A DNA stretch of 64,000 nt. Origin: a virus. Under the pieces are notes generated by a model, which searched no databases, was not told the origin of the DNA, and saw only the letters and a program-made list of their open reading frames with translations. Shown one piece after another: positions 20,459 through 30,244 of the stretch (the first letter of the stretch is position 1; each line of letters begins with the position of its first letter). The DNA lies in IMG/VR virus record IMGVR_UViG_3300020213_000031; one strand, 5' to 3'. The translations under genes and the position numbers were made by a program.

Positions 20459-22428
20459 GAGAGAAAATGATCACCACAAGAAGCGCCACAGGCAAACAAA
20501 GACGATCCTGCCGTCAGCGAAACGATAATCGTCCAATGGGTTGGCAGCCGAGCATCATGGCGAAATGGAAGTACAAGCGTTTGGAAAAAGACGTGGCGGC
20601 TGGGATTTTGCCAAAGTCTTGCCTGAACGTGACGATGAGGATTTTCGGTAAGGGTAAAAAACAGTGAGCAATCCAAGCCACGAGGTTTGGTATAAGGACC
20701 GCGATTTTCCAGAAATTAAACGTGGCGTTTATAATTCATCAGCCGATATTTTGGCGGTCGTTCCCGATGAGAAGCAGCTTCTCAATCTCGTTAACGAGCA
20801 CAACGCTGTGGTGCTTTCATGGGCTGAAGCATCTTATTCTATATCGAAAGCTATCGTCGCGTTCGAGCGGATTGCTAAAGATCAGTGGATATTAAAGAAG
20901 ACAGACTTAGTAATGATCCAAGAAATCGCCCGCGAAGCCCTCGCACGGCTCAAGGGCGACTCCTAATGGGTAAAAAGGTATGTCCATGCGATTGCTGCTC
21001 AAAGCGCCGCGATCGAGCGAAGAAGGTTTGGGAAGCCAAGATGCAGCGGCTCTTAGAGCGGGCTGGTGCGGTTGGGCTTGTCGTTTCGACTTCCAAGAAA
21101 GACAGTAAATGAGAAAGCTAATGACCAAATGTAAAAAATGCGGAACCGTCCTCGTTGGCGAGCTTCAACGCATCCAACATTTTTGCTCAAAACCAAAAAT
21201 TGACGAATGCGATAAAGAGGTTCACGTTTTCTTGGGTAAGCGAAAAACTTGTCAGTGTGGAAGGACGAGGATCGATGACTGACGCTAAAAAACAAGCCTG
21301 GGATTATTTCGCCAAGGGAAATAGATATCTATCATCTGAGGACTATTACAAAGAGAATCCAGAAAAATCTGACGTTTATCGAGCCTACTTGGCTGGTCAT
21401 GAATCCACGATGGAAAGAATTCGTGCGCTAGAGGAAGCGCTCAAGTTTTACGCCGACAAGCAACACATCGTCGAAGTAAACACCGAGCAAGAGTACAGCT
21501 TGAGGGTTGAAGATGGAATGAAAGCTCGAACTGTTTTGGGCGTGCCGTCATGAGCGAATTGCAGAAGAGAGAACCTGGACGATACGGCCCACGCATTTTC
21601 ACAAATGCTAACTTTGTGCAGCTCTCACGTCAAACGGGAACGTGGTCACTCAAGAGGAATGGCGACAATGGGTTCGAATACGTTTCAGAGAGCGAATACA
21701 GTCTGGCTCGGTCGCGGGCGAGTTTTAGGGAGAGGAATCTTGAAACTAAAAATTCCAAGCTAAAGAGCTTGATTCAAGAGGCGCATAGAGTATTCTCTAA
21801 CGCACCAGATGGCTGGACGAATACGCATAGCGATTGGCTGATTCACGATTTGGCGAAAATTGAAGCTGAGCACCGAGTGGAGGAAGAATGAAACTTCGAT
21901 GGTACGTCGTTGAAACGGATTACGGCCCCTCATACATGAAGCCAGCATGGCCCAAGTCGATGAGCCGTGGTAAACCTCATCAGCAATTTCACCATACCCA
22001 GCCTCGCCTTCAGTATAAAGACAAAGGCAAGTCGATGTGGACGGACGTTCCAACCGTTGTGAAAAAAGTAAAGAGCGACAGGGGTGAAGGAATATGAGAA
22101 CCGACAAAAGAATCGCTCGATTGAATTTATGGAGGCGTCCAAATGATGGAAGAATCAAAAGAGTTCAAAGAAAAGGTCAGCTCAAATACCTGGCACAAAA
22201 ATTTCGATGAGGTCGTTGTATTCATCAAGCAAGCGACGAATGAGGAGCCATACGAATCTGACGGCAATACATTGAAACCCGGATGTGTTGATTGGAGATG
22301 GGCGAGGAACATGGAATGTAAATACATTTCTTTAAGAATCGATATGCGAGACGGTGGATTTATTTTGTGTGACAAATCTGGGAATCGGATCAGCCTTGAT
22401 CGATTGAAGTGGCAATATAGGAGCAAAG

Positions 22429-22881
22429 ATGAGGTTTGATCTAGTAAGCAATGAATTGTACCGAGGCTCTCACCCTGAAAGCATGAGCGACCTCTACACG
22501 CTCAAGATGCAAAAAGGAATTCTCCGAATCGTCAGCTTGGAAACATTCTGGCATAAACTTTTCGGTTGGAAGAATGAAGCAATCGCCTGGGAGCACGTTC
22601 ACCATGGACTCTTTCTAAACTTCCCGCTTTCCAATATTTTCCCACCCTCTCAGCAGCAGACGTTGGACATTTTACATATTTTGCAAGAGCCGTCCAGATT
22701 GCCCACTTTCATTCACTGCTATGCAGGGTGCGACCGCACTGGATGGATTTGCGCTTCCTGGCGCGTGCTCAATGATGGATGGACTCCCGCCAAGGCATGG
22801 CAAGAAGCCCTTGATATGGGAATGCACTCTCGGTATAGCTTTTGGTGGAAATATTTCTTTATGAAAATGTGGGAGAATTAA
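22429..22881 (+). CDS. protein tyrosine/dual-specificity phosphatase
   Basis: HCYAGCDRTG = HCx5R(S/T) P-loop signature. Confidence 0.65.
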   Translation: MRFDLVSNELYRGSHPESMSDLYTLKMQKGILRIVSLETFWHKLFGWKNEAIAWEHVHHGLFLNFPLSNIFPPSQQQTLDILHILQEPSRLPTFIHCYAGCDRTGWICASWRVLNDGWTPAKAWQEALDMGMHSRYSFWWKYFFMKMWEN

Positions 22882-23709
22882 ATGGGTGACGCTAACGGAA
22901 ACAAATATGAGAAAATAGACTTACCGAAGGAACCGGCTAAAGCCCCTGTTCCCACAGCACCAGTTAAACCTGGTGAGAAGCCGGAAGATCCGAGCGTGAG
23001 AGTTCTCGGCATCGACGTAGCGAAATACCAGGACAAGCTAGATCCCACAGAGTGGGCGAAGCTTTACGCGAAGGGCTACCGCTTTGTGTTCGCCAAGGCC
23101 ACGGATGGGAAGGCTGGATTGGATTCGTATTACAGCTACCATCGCAAGAACGCGAAAGCAGCGGGGTTCCTGGTCGGGGCCTATCATTTCCTGCGTTACG
23201 GATACACGGCTGAGGAGCAAGCATCTCACCATTTCAAAACAGCCGGAAGGGTATCAGGAGAACTCCCGAGCGTCCTTGACGTTGAGTGGGATCGTTACAC
23301 CCTCGACCAAAAGTACGGCAGCGACAAGCGCATGGACAAATGGGCCGAGAATCACGCCAAGAAGTACGTTGAAACCTTGATGCTACTCAACGGCGGAAAG
23401 AAACCAATCATATATACCAATGCGTACTTTTGGCCGGAGAAGTGTTCCTTCCCGGAATTCTGGAGCCAATTTCTCGTGTGGGTTCCCTCTTACTCCGACT
23501 CCCTCAACCCAGGAGGCAAGCACGTACTGGCTGACCTATCCCCTGCGGAAATCGCAAAAGCTGGCGCTGGTGTGAAAATTCCTAGTGGATGGAAGCAATG
23601 GAACTTTTGGCAAGACGACGACGATTTGGCGATTGGCGATGTGAAGGCGATTGACACCAACGTGTTTCGCGGATCGCTCGAAGACCTGCGAAAGATGGCA
23701 AATGCCTAA
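22882..23709 (+). CDS. GH25-family lysozyme (muramidase), endolysin candidate
   Basis: GIDVAKYQ...FAKATDGKAGLDSYY...GAYHF pattern. Confidence 0.7.
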   Translation: MGDANGNKYEKIDLPKEPAKAPVPTAPVKPGEKPEDPSVRVLGIDVAKYQDKLDPTEWAKLYAKGYRFVFAKATDGKAGLDSYYSYHRKNAKAAGFLVGAYHFLRYGYTAEEQASHHFKTAGRVSGELPSVLDVEWDRYTLDQKYGSDKRMDKWAENHAKKYVETLMLLNGGKKPIIYTNAYFWPEKCSFPEFWSQFLVWVPSYSDSLNPGGKHVLADLSPAEIAKAGAGVKIPSGWKQWNFWQDDDDLAIGDVKAIDTNVFRGSLEDLRKMANA

Positions 23710-24268
23710 AACTCACATGATGACCAATACAAGGGTTCATCGAATTTGGAGGGCGATGCTTTCCCGCTGTCGTAATCCCAAAACCATCAACTACAAACAC
23801 TACGGAGGTAGGGGCATCCGCGTCTGCAAGCGGTGGGAGAAATTCGAGAACTTCTTCGCCGACATGGGGCACCCGCCAGAGAGCCACAGTCTAGATAGAA
23901 TAAATTCAAACGGAAACTATGAGGCCAGAAATTGTCGGCGGTCAAGTCAGATTGAACAGGTGCGGAATACCAATAAAACCATTCGACTTACAATTAACGG
24001 AGCAACAAAGCCGATGGCAGAGTGGTGCCAAGAGCGCGGGATCAGCTACGGCGCAGCCATTAGGAGGCTCCGGAAAGGCTTGTCACATAGTGCGGTACTT
24101 TCTCCATCTCGATTGCCCATGTCAAAGACCAAGAAGCGGCTGATAAGCGACGAACAAATGAAAGAAGTTAGGACGAGGCGTGCGGCGGGTGAAACGCTTG
24201 CGAGCATCGGCGCATCTTTCAACGTGAAGAAGGATCACATTTGGGCGCGACTAAAGGACTCCCCATGA
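23702..24268 (+). CDS. HNH-like homing endonuclease / AP2-type DNA-binding protein
   Basis: YKHYGGRGIRVCKRW..FENFFADMG...LDRINSNGNY...NCR pattern common to phage HNH endonucleases. Confidence 0.5.
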   Translation: MPKTHMMTNTRVHRIWRAMLSRCRNPKTINYKHYGGRGIRVCKRWEKFENFFADMGHPPESHSLDRINSNGNYEARNCRRSSQIEQVRNTNKTIRLTINGATKPMAEWCQERGISYGAAIRRLRKGLSHSAVLSPSRLPMSKTKKRLISDEQMKEVRTRRAAGETLASIGASFNVKKDHIWARLKDSP

Positions 24269-25079
24269 CCGAAGACAAACTACTCTATCATTTCCAAAAG
24301 GGCGGCGAGAAATGATCTGGAATTCCATTAAGTCCATTTTCTGGTGTGGGGTTTTTCACAAGTTCAAACCTTGCATGGATTTGGGCTATCCGGACATTGC
24401 TCCAACGAAAAGTGATATTGGGCAAGATTGCTTGTGCGCAGTTTGCGGGACCACATACGAGGTAACAGGATGAACGTTTCCATCTGCAAATCCTGCCACC
24501 AACAAATCGACGCGGGCGACAAGCACGAGTGCCCGCTTGCCGCTCGCAACGATGACAAGTTTGCAACTCTTCGCTTGGGTGTACTGGGTGTTGAAAAATC
24601 CGCTCAGCGAAGATCAAGAAGATATGGCAAAATCTATCAATAATCTTTTTGCGCTTCTCGGAACGCGGGAAGCGGAAATAAAGAAGCTCAAAGAAAAACT
24701 GGCGAGGGTTGGCACAACCACTTGCTCGCATGGAACGCCGACGAGCGAAAGGTGTGAGATGCTCATGATGGCTTGTTTAGTTCTTGTTGCTGTGGGGCTG
24801 TGGTTCATTCGCGAAGAGCGGAGGATGAAATGAGCATGATGGGTGAAGCCATAGCGTCTGAAAATTTTGACATAATGAAGTTTAGGCTAGAGCGAGCAGA
24901 AGCGGTCATCGCTGAAATGGAGCGAGCCGCGCTTTCAAGAATCGTGTGGCTTAAAGACTGTAGAGACGCGGGCTATTCGAATATGGAAGGCGCCGACAGT
25001 AAAGAGTTTATCTATTGGGAAAAGTGGGCTGAAAATTGCGCTGCCGAGGTTCAAAAGGAAAATAAATCACTCGAGATTC

Positions 25080-25583
25080 TTGCTGAGTACAGGAGAGGTA
25101 AATGATTTCATTCGCCCCATTGACAAACCTTTTCGAGGTGCCATAATGGATGTATGCAATATTGAATCAAATTTAATTTCATCGCAATTCCCGGAGGCAA
25201 GGCTTCCTGGAAACCTCCCTAGTCGAATGGTGCCCCGAAAGATCGGAAAGCTCAACCATTCACCACTAGAGGAAAATATGAAAAGATTCAAAACCCTGTT
25301 CGACATGAAACTCGAACTCAAAGCTCTCGCCGCTCAAATCAAAAAAGACAAAGAACCTCCACGCTCTCAGCATACTCGCGCCATGTTTGAGTTTAGACAT
25401 TTACACGTCGCAAGATGCCTTCTTAAAGGTCGCACGATGCTGGAGATCGAGGGGTCGGACACAAACCGTAAAAGTAAGCGCGACGAAAAATATCTGGCAA
25501 AGCTTTTGGAAAAGTGGACGCCGCTCCACGAGGCCGAGCAAATTGCCTGGAAGGCCGCTAATCTTGAAATGGTGACGGCATGA
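25080..25583 (+). CDS. hypothetical protein
   Basis: ORF only. Confidence 0.35.
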   Translation: MLSTGEVNDFIRPIDKPFRGAIMDVCNIESNLISSQFPEARLPGNLPSRMVPRKIGKLNHSPLEENMKRFKTLFDMKLELKALAAQIKKDKEPPRSQHTRAMFEFRHLHVARCLLKGRTMLEIEGSDTNRKSKRDEKYLAKLLEKWTPLHEAEQIAWKAANLEMVTA

Positions 25584-25876
25584 CGACCGAGCGGTATTCT
25601 GGATACAAATTGTTCGTCATTGTCGACGCCTTCCTTGACCGCTCCCAGCAGGCCGTCCAAGCTCTTCACGCAGCGGTAAAGTTCTGCCTTGACCACCCGG
25701 ACGTGGCAAAAAATAAATGGGGAAACCAAAACGTTGTAATCAAGAAAGCAAAAGATTTTGAACGCTGGGCGTCAGAATCCGATGCCATCTTTGTCGAACC
25801 CTATTGGGATAATAAACAGACCGCCTGTGTCGCCTTTCGCCCGGAAGGTTATGCGGAGGAACTGCCCCTTATTTAA
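25580..25876 (+). CDS. hypothetical protein
   Basis: ATGA overlap with upstream ORF. Confidence 0.35.
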   Translation: MTTERYSGYKLFVIVDAFLDRSQQAVQALHAAVKFCLDHPDVAKNKWGNQNVVIKKAKDFERWASESDAIFVEPYWDNKQTACVAFRPEGYAEELPLI

Positions 25877-25968
25877 ATTTTGCTGTGGTGCTCGGCAGTA
25901 GTGATACCGAGTTAAATGATTTACTCAGATAAAGATCAAAAACACACCAGCCTCAGCAATTCAATTTC

Positions 25969-26045
25969 GGCCCAGTAGCTCAGATGGTCAGAGCGGCTGT
26001 TTTCAACTCAGTGCGTCGCGGATTCGAATTCCGCCTGGGCCTCCA
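25969..26045 (+). tRNA. tRNA with anticodon UCA (opal/UGA-reading; tRNA-Sup or Trp/other-UCA), CCA encoded
   Basis: Perfect 7-bp acceptor GGCCCAG/CTGGGCC, D-arm GCTC-AGATGGTCA-GAGC, anticodon loop TTTCAAC (U33, A37), T-arm GCGGA-TTCGAAT-TCCGC, discriminator U, CCA. Confidence 0.8.
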
Positions 26046-26166
26046 TTTAACTCTGAGCGTCAATGCTCAGCAATTTTCTCAGTCACCACTTGCTTTTTCC
26101 TCAGTCGATGCCATCCTCTTTCTCAGAGAAGCATACAGCTTCTTTTTCAATAGGAAACCCTCCAAC

Positions 26167-27924
26167 ATGACGCAAAGACGCACCATTTCCGACGAACGCG
26201 ATGAAAAACGCTCCCTGGCGCATCTCCAGGCCACCCTGGACAGCGAAGAAGGCGAACTTGACGACCTGGATTACACCGAGGAAGAGGCTGAAGAGGCTCT
26301 AAAACCTGACCCCGTGGCGGTCAAAGCTGAACGCGGCATGGAAGAATTGTCTGTAGAGCAAATTATTGCCCGAGCAGAGTCCTCGGAAGAGTGGGATATC
26401 TTCGAAGACATCGGCGCCCACCTCGTTTCACGCGGCGATCAGGTCAAGTATTCGGTAAAACTGAACGGAGAACATCGGGCAACCATCCCTCATCCCTGTT
26501 CCTACGATTGGCTTCAGAAAAAATACGGTGGCGGCTCATACCACGTCACCCTTCGTTCCTACCTTTTTTCGAAAAAAGCAGGCGGCGGATACCTCAAATC
26601 GCAGTCCAAAATGGTCGCCAACCCAGCCGACGATGAAGCCGACGCCGACGCTCCACTTCCTACAACCCTCGCGGGCGTCATGCCAGCGCCAGAAAAGGCG
26701 GCCTCCCCCGTGGAAATGCTCTCCATCCTGCAATCGATGAACGAAAAAGCGCGTTCCGAGCAACGAGCTGAGATGGAACGCATTCGCGAGGAGAACCGGC
26801 TTCGAGAGGAGAGGCTTGAACGTGAAGCAAAGTCCAGAGAAGAACGTCTCGAGCGGGAAGCCAAGGAACGCGAATCGAAACGCGAGTCTGAAGGCTCTTC
26901 CACGATGATGATGCTCATGAAATTCATGGAGCAATCCAGCGTAGCCGCACGCGAAGCAGCCAATCGCCAGAATGAAATGCTGATCGCGCTCCTCACAAAG
27001 TCGCCGCCTCCAGAGCGAGAAGACAAAAAAACCGACAAACTCTTCGACATGCTTCTCGGTGTGATGCTCGACAAGAAAGCAAAAGGCGATTCTCTCGATC
27101 CGTTGGAACTTCAGAAGTTGCTCAGCGCCGCAGAGGATAAGGGGTATTCCCGAGCGAAAGAAATTCGTGAGCTTGCGCAAGAAGAAGCCGCACGCCTCTC
27201 CGCTCGTATGGGTGGTAAGGATGACGACGAGGATGACGAAGACGAAGAGCCAAAAGAGAAGTCGACGACCAAAATGCTTCTCGAAACCATCGCTCCGATG
27301 ATTTCGCAGTTTGCTCAAGGTGCGGCTCAGGCGCAAGCGCAGCCGCAGCCGGTTCGCAGAGCCTTGCCGCCTCAAATGCGTCGCCCGCTCCCCGCTCCCG
27401 GCCCGAATCCCAATATGCCAGCCAGACCCCCCGCCGCGCCCGCCGCTCCAGCCAGACTGCAAGCGGCGCCCGCTGGTGAGCATCCTGTAAAGGCTGCAAC
27501 TAATCCAGTGCAGCCCCAAAGACAAAGCCTCAACCAAGTAATGAACCAATCAAAACCGCAAGCGGTGAAAGCGACTATGAAGCCGACGAAGAAAGAAATT
27601 GTCTCCGAGACTGTAGTAAACAAGATCACGGCAGACCTGACTGCCAATTTCCTGACCGGAGGATACGATCCGGAGAAAACAGCGGACGCCGCGCTTGCGA
27701 GCTTGGCCGACTACAAGTTTGACGATGGAGCGAAAATTGACGCTGCTTGGCTTCTGACCAACTTCACGCTGGATGAAATGAAAGCTGTAGCCAAGGCCAA
27801 AGGAATGCCGGAAGCCATCAATGCCTACCTGGAGCGCTTCTACGAGCGCGTAAAGTACATTGAAGGCGCTCAAAAGATCCTTGAGGGTGGATCGCAGCCT
27901 GCCAGCACGCCAGATTCCGTCTAG
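26167..27924 (+). CDS. acidic, coiled-coil, Pro/Ala-rich virion-module protein (scaffold/internal-protein candidate)
   Basis: First gene of late module; REERLEREAK repeats, D/E-rich and PA-rich low-complexity segments. Confidence 0.45.
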   Translation: MTQRRTISDERDEKRSLAHLQATLDSEEGELDDLDYTEEEAEEALKPDPVAVKAERGMEELSVEQIIARAESSEEWDIFEDIGAHLVSRGDQVKYSVKLNGEHRATIPHPCSYDWLQKKYGGGSYHVTLRSYLFSKKAGGGYLKSQSKMVANPADDEADADAPLPTTLAGVMPAPEKAASPVEMLSILQSMNEKARSEQRAEMERIREENRLREERLEREAKSREERLEREAKERESKRESEGSSTMMMLMKFMEQSSVAAREAANRQNEMLIALLTKSPPPEREDKKTDKLFDMLLGVMLDKKAKGDSLDPLELQKLLSAAEDKGYSRAKEIRELAQEEAARLSARMGGKDDDEDDEDEEPKEKSTTKMLLETIAPMISQFAQGAAQAQAQPQPVRRALPPQMRRPLPAPGPNPNMPARPPAAPAAPARLQAAPAGEHPVKAATNPVQPQRQSLNQVMNQSKPQAVKATMKPTKKEIVSETVVNKITADLTANFLTGGYDPEKTADAALASLADYKFDDGAKIDAAWLLTNFTLDEMKAVAKAKGMPEAINAYLERFYERVKYIEGAQKILEGGSQPASTPDSV

Positions 27925-27976
27925 GCATAAGAAAAAGATCGTGTGAAAATAGGTGGAGGAGTGAATCATTGCCCTA

Positions 27977-28624
27977 TTGATTTGCTCCTTTACTCGCCCC
28001 GAGTTCATCCGGCTTTTCGCCGAGACCGGCAGGGGCGGCTCGGAGTATCCGTTGCCTATTTTACAATTGAAGCCGCAATGGGAGCTGGGTGCGCTCCCTT
28101 CAACTCAATCGACAGAGCTTTCCTCTTCCGATAGAGGCAATTACGAGACTGTCGAAATCATGCGCCGTAAAGCGCGAGAGAACTCTTCGCACCCGCTTGT
28201 GCGCGGCCTTGCGCTGAAAGTCCTGGAGCAATCCGGAGTCAAATCCCACAATTTTGTTGACGAAGCGAAAGCTTTGGCCGAGTTCATCCAAAAAGAAGTG
28301 CGCTACGTTCGTGACACTAACGACGTTGAACAGCTCCATGATCCTGTTTACATGATCCGTAGAATTATTGAGGGCACCGCTCAAGGCGACTGCGACGACA
28401 TGGCTCTCATCCTTGTCACGCTTCTCTTGTCTGTAGGCCACCAGCCGTATTTCGCCATCGTTCGCTACCGCGAGGTGGCCGGACCATTCAACCATATTTA
28501 TGTAGTTGAATACGATCGCAACTGGGGTGGCGCAAAGAAGCGTATCGTTATGGATACCATCCTGAAAGATCGCCCCATCGGAACAGAGGTTCCACACAAA
28601 TCTAAGATGGAGATCAAGGTATGA
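27977..28624 (+). CDS. transglutaminase-like cysteine protease fold protein (maturation protease candidate)
   Basis: GDCDDMAL...GH...D pattern (Cys-His-Asp); true start may be downstream. Confidence 0.4.
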   Translation: MICSFTRPEFIRLFAETGRGGSEYPLPILQLKPQWELGALPSTQSTELSSSDRGNYETVEIMRRKARENSSHPLVRGLALKVLEQSGVKSHNFVDEAKALAEFIQKEVRYVRDTNDVEQLHDPVYMIRRIIEGTAQGDCDDMALILVTLLLSVGHQPYFAIVRYREVAGPFNHIYVVEYDRNWGGAKKRIVMDTILKDRPIGTEVPHKSKMEIKV

Positions 28625-28884
28625 GTGAAATTGAATTGCGATTCAATCCACAGCTTGGCACTTGGTACAATCCGCTTACTTGGTACGGGAAAGAAAGCTC
28701 ACCAGCGCCTCAAGTTCAAACAAAGCCCGCCGTTGACGACTTTTTTGCTCCAGGCGAAGAAAAGAAAATGGAGCAGCTTATACGCGAAAAACTTATCGCG
28801 GAATGGCGCCACAATTTAATGCTTGCCGCCGCAGGCGCGGGGTTTGCGCTTGTGCTTATACTTTTGTTTAGGAAGAAAAAATGA
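28621..28884 (+). CDS. small C-terminal-TM membrane protein
   Basis: ATGA overlap; C-terminal hydrophobic helix. Confidence 0.4.
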   Translation: MSEIELRFNPQLGTWYNPLTWYGKESSPAPQVQTKPAVDDFFAPGEEKKMEQLIREKLIAEWRHNLMLAAAGAGFALVLILLFRKKK

Positions 28885-29585
28885 ATCCTTTATTCTTGAT
28901 CGGCGGAGTAGCTGCCGCCTCTTATATGTTGAACGAATCTTCTCCTTCTACAGCGAAAGCCGACAATCGCGACCAAGGCTTGACCAATCAAGACAGCTCC
29001 GATCCTCTTCCTTGGGATTCAATCATCAAGGGGACTATCGCGGTCGTTGCCGCTGGCGCCGTGCTGAAATCTTTTGGTGGAAGGCAGTTGCCCGATACTT
29101 TTGATCGCGCCGGAAGGTCTGAGGGAGCGTTAGCGTTTAGGGAACTCTCAGCAAAGGTTCCGTCGATGAGCAGGATTACAGAACTCGAACAAGTTTATGA
29201 AGCCAATCAACAAAAATACGCTCCATCGATCACGAGTGTTTTTGAAGAAGTTGCGGCGGCAAGAGATGCAGCATCTCAGGCACGATGGGTCGCTGAACAA
29301 GAATCTGATCGTCTCTGGCGCCAGCGTCTTGAATTGGCTGAAATTGAGAAGCAGCGCGAATATAAACGCCAAGCAGATATCCGGGAAGCGCAATACCAAA
29401 TGCGAGAAGCCGTGAAGCAGGCGAAGCCTATGTCCTATAAAGAATATCAAGTCTCTTCGTTCGACAGCAAAAAACCAACAACGACCGCAAGCGCAAGCGG
29501 GATAACGGGTAAGACGAGCAGCCAAAAGCTCGATTCTTCGGGGCCAACTCAAAAAATTCAGCGCATTGTACTCAAGAGGGGATGA
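28881..29585 (+). CDS. N-terminal-TM coiled-coil membrane protein
   Basis: ATGA overlap; N-terminal TM. Confidence 0.4.
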   Translation: MNPLFLIGGVAAASYMLNESSPSTAKADNRDQGLTNQDSSDPLPWDSIIKGTIAVVAAGAVLKSFGGRQLPDTFDRAGRSEGALAFRELSAKVPSMSRITELEQVYEANQQKYAPSITSVFEEVAAARDAASQARWVAEQESDRLWRQRLELAEIEKQREYKRQADIREAQYQMREAVKQAKPMSYKEYQVSSFDSKKPTTTASASGITGKTSSQKLDSSGPTQKIQRIVLKRG

Positions 29586-29800
29586 TGAAAAACTTCGGCA
29601 CCATTTCTCAAGAGCAAGTAATCTCAACCGGAGCTGAGGCCGTTCAGGCGATTCAGTCGGCGTCTGATGAATCGTCCGCGTTTGTACAACAAGCGGCGGT
29701 CCACCCCGACCAGATAGCGGAGAACGCCAAGAAAATGAGTGTTCTCGGCTGGGTCGTTACGCTGTACACTCTCAACTGGTTTAGAAAGATGATTTTTTAG
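29582..29800 (+). CDS. small C-terminal-TM membrane protein
   Basis: ATGA overlap; TM helix. Confidence 0.4.
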   Translation: MMKNFGTISQEQVISTGAEAVQAIQSASDESSAFVQQAAVHPDQIAENAKKMSVLGWVVTLYTLNWFRKMIF

Positions 29801-29809
29801 GAGCAAGCG

Positions 29810-30244
29810 ATGCAATATGTAGTGCAAAACGGAGACACGCTCTCCGCCATTTCTCAAAAGTTTTACGGTTCGCCCAGCTATTACAGGGCGATCGTTGCCG
29901 CCAATCCAATTATTCAGAACGAGAATCTGATCCAAATTGGCTGGATGCTCGAAATTCCTGGCTCCGAATTGCTCGGTCCAATTCGCCCCGGCGACCCGAC
30001 GATGCGTCCGCCTGGAGTATCTTCAGGCTTCACGCCTTCACCATCGCCTTCTCCACAACCGCTTCCTTCGCCGTATGGCCCCGGAACCGTATTGCAGCCA
30101 ACACCAGCGCAAGAGTCGAAAACTAAACTTTATTTGCTCATTGCTGCCGCCCTTGTTGGTGGTTTCTTCATTGTGCAGTATCTTTCAAAACAACAGGCAG
30201 CTCCTAAAGAGAAGCCAACCGAACCGCAGGCGGAGGCCGTATGA
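29810..30244 (+). CDS. LysM-domain protein with Pro-rich linker and C-terminal TM anchor
   Basis: YVVQNGDTLSAISQKFYG...IVAANP LysM signature; TM LYLLIAAALVGGFFIV. Confidence 0.65.
   Translation: MQYVVQNGDTLSAISQKFYGSPSYYRAIVAANPIIQNENLIQIGWMLEIPGSELLGPIRPGDPTMRPPGVSSGFTPSPSPSPQPLPSPYGPGTVLQPTPAQESKTKLYLLIAAALVGGFFIVQYLSKQQAAPKEKPTEPQAEAV

Noticed and set aside
26536-27549. 337-aa minus-strand ORF (and 26559-27074) antisense to the acidic coiled-coil late gene
   Set aside because: Entirely embedded in a better-supported plus-strand gene; Arg/Ser/Gly-rich composition is typical of antisense reading of a GC/AG-rich repeat region.
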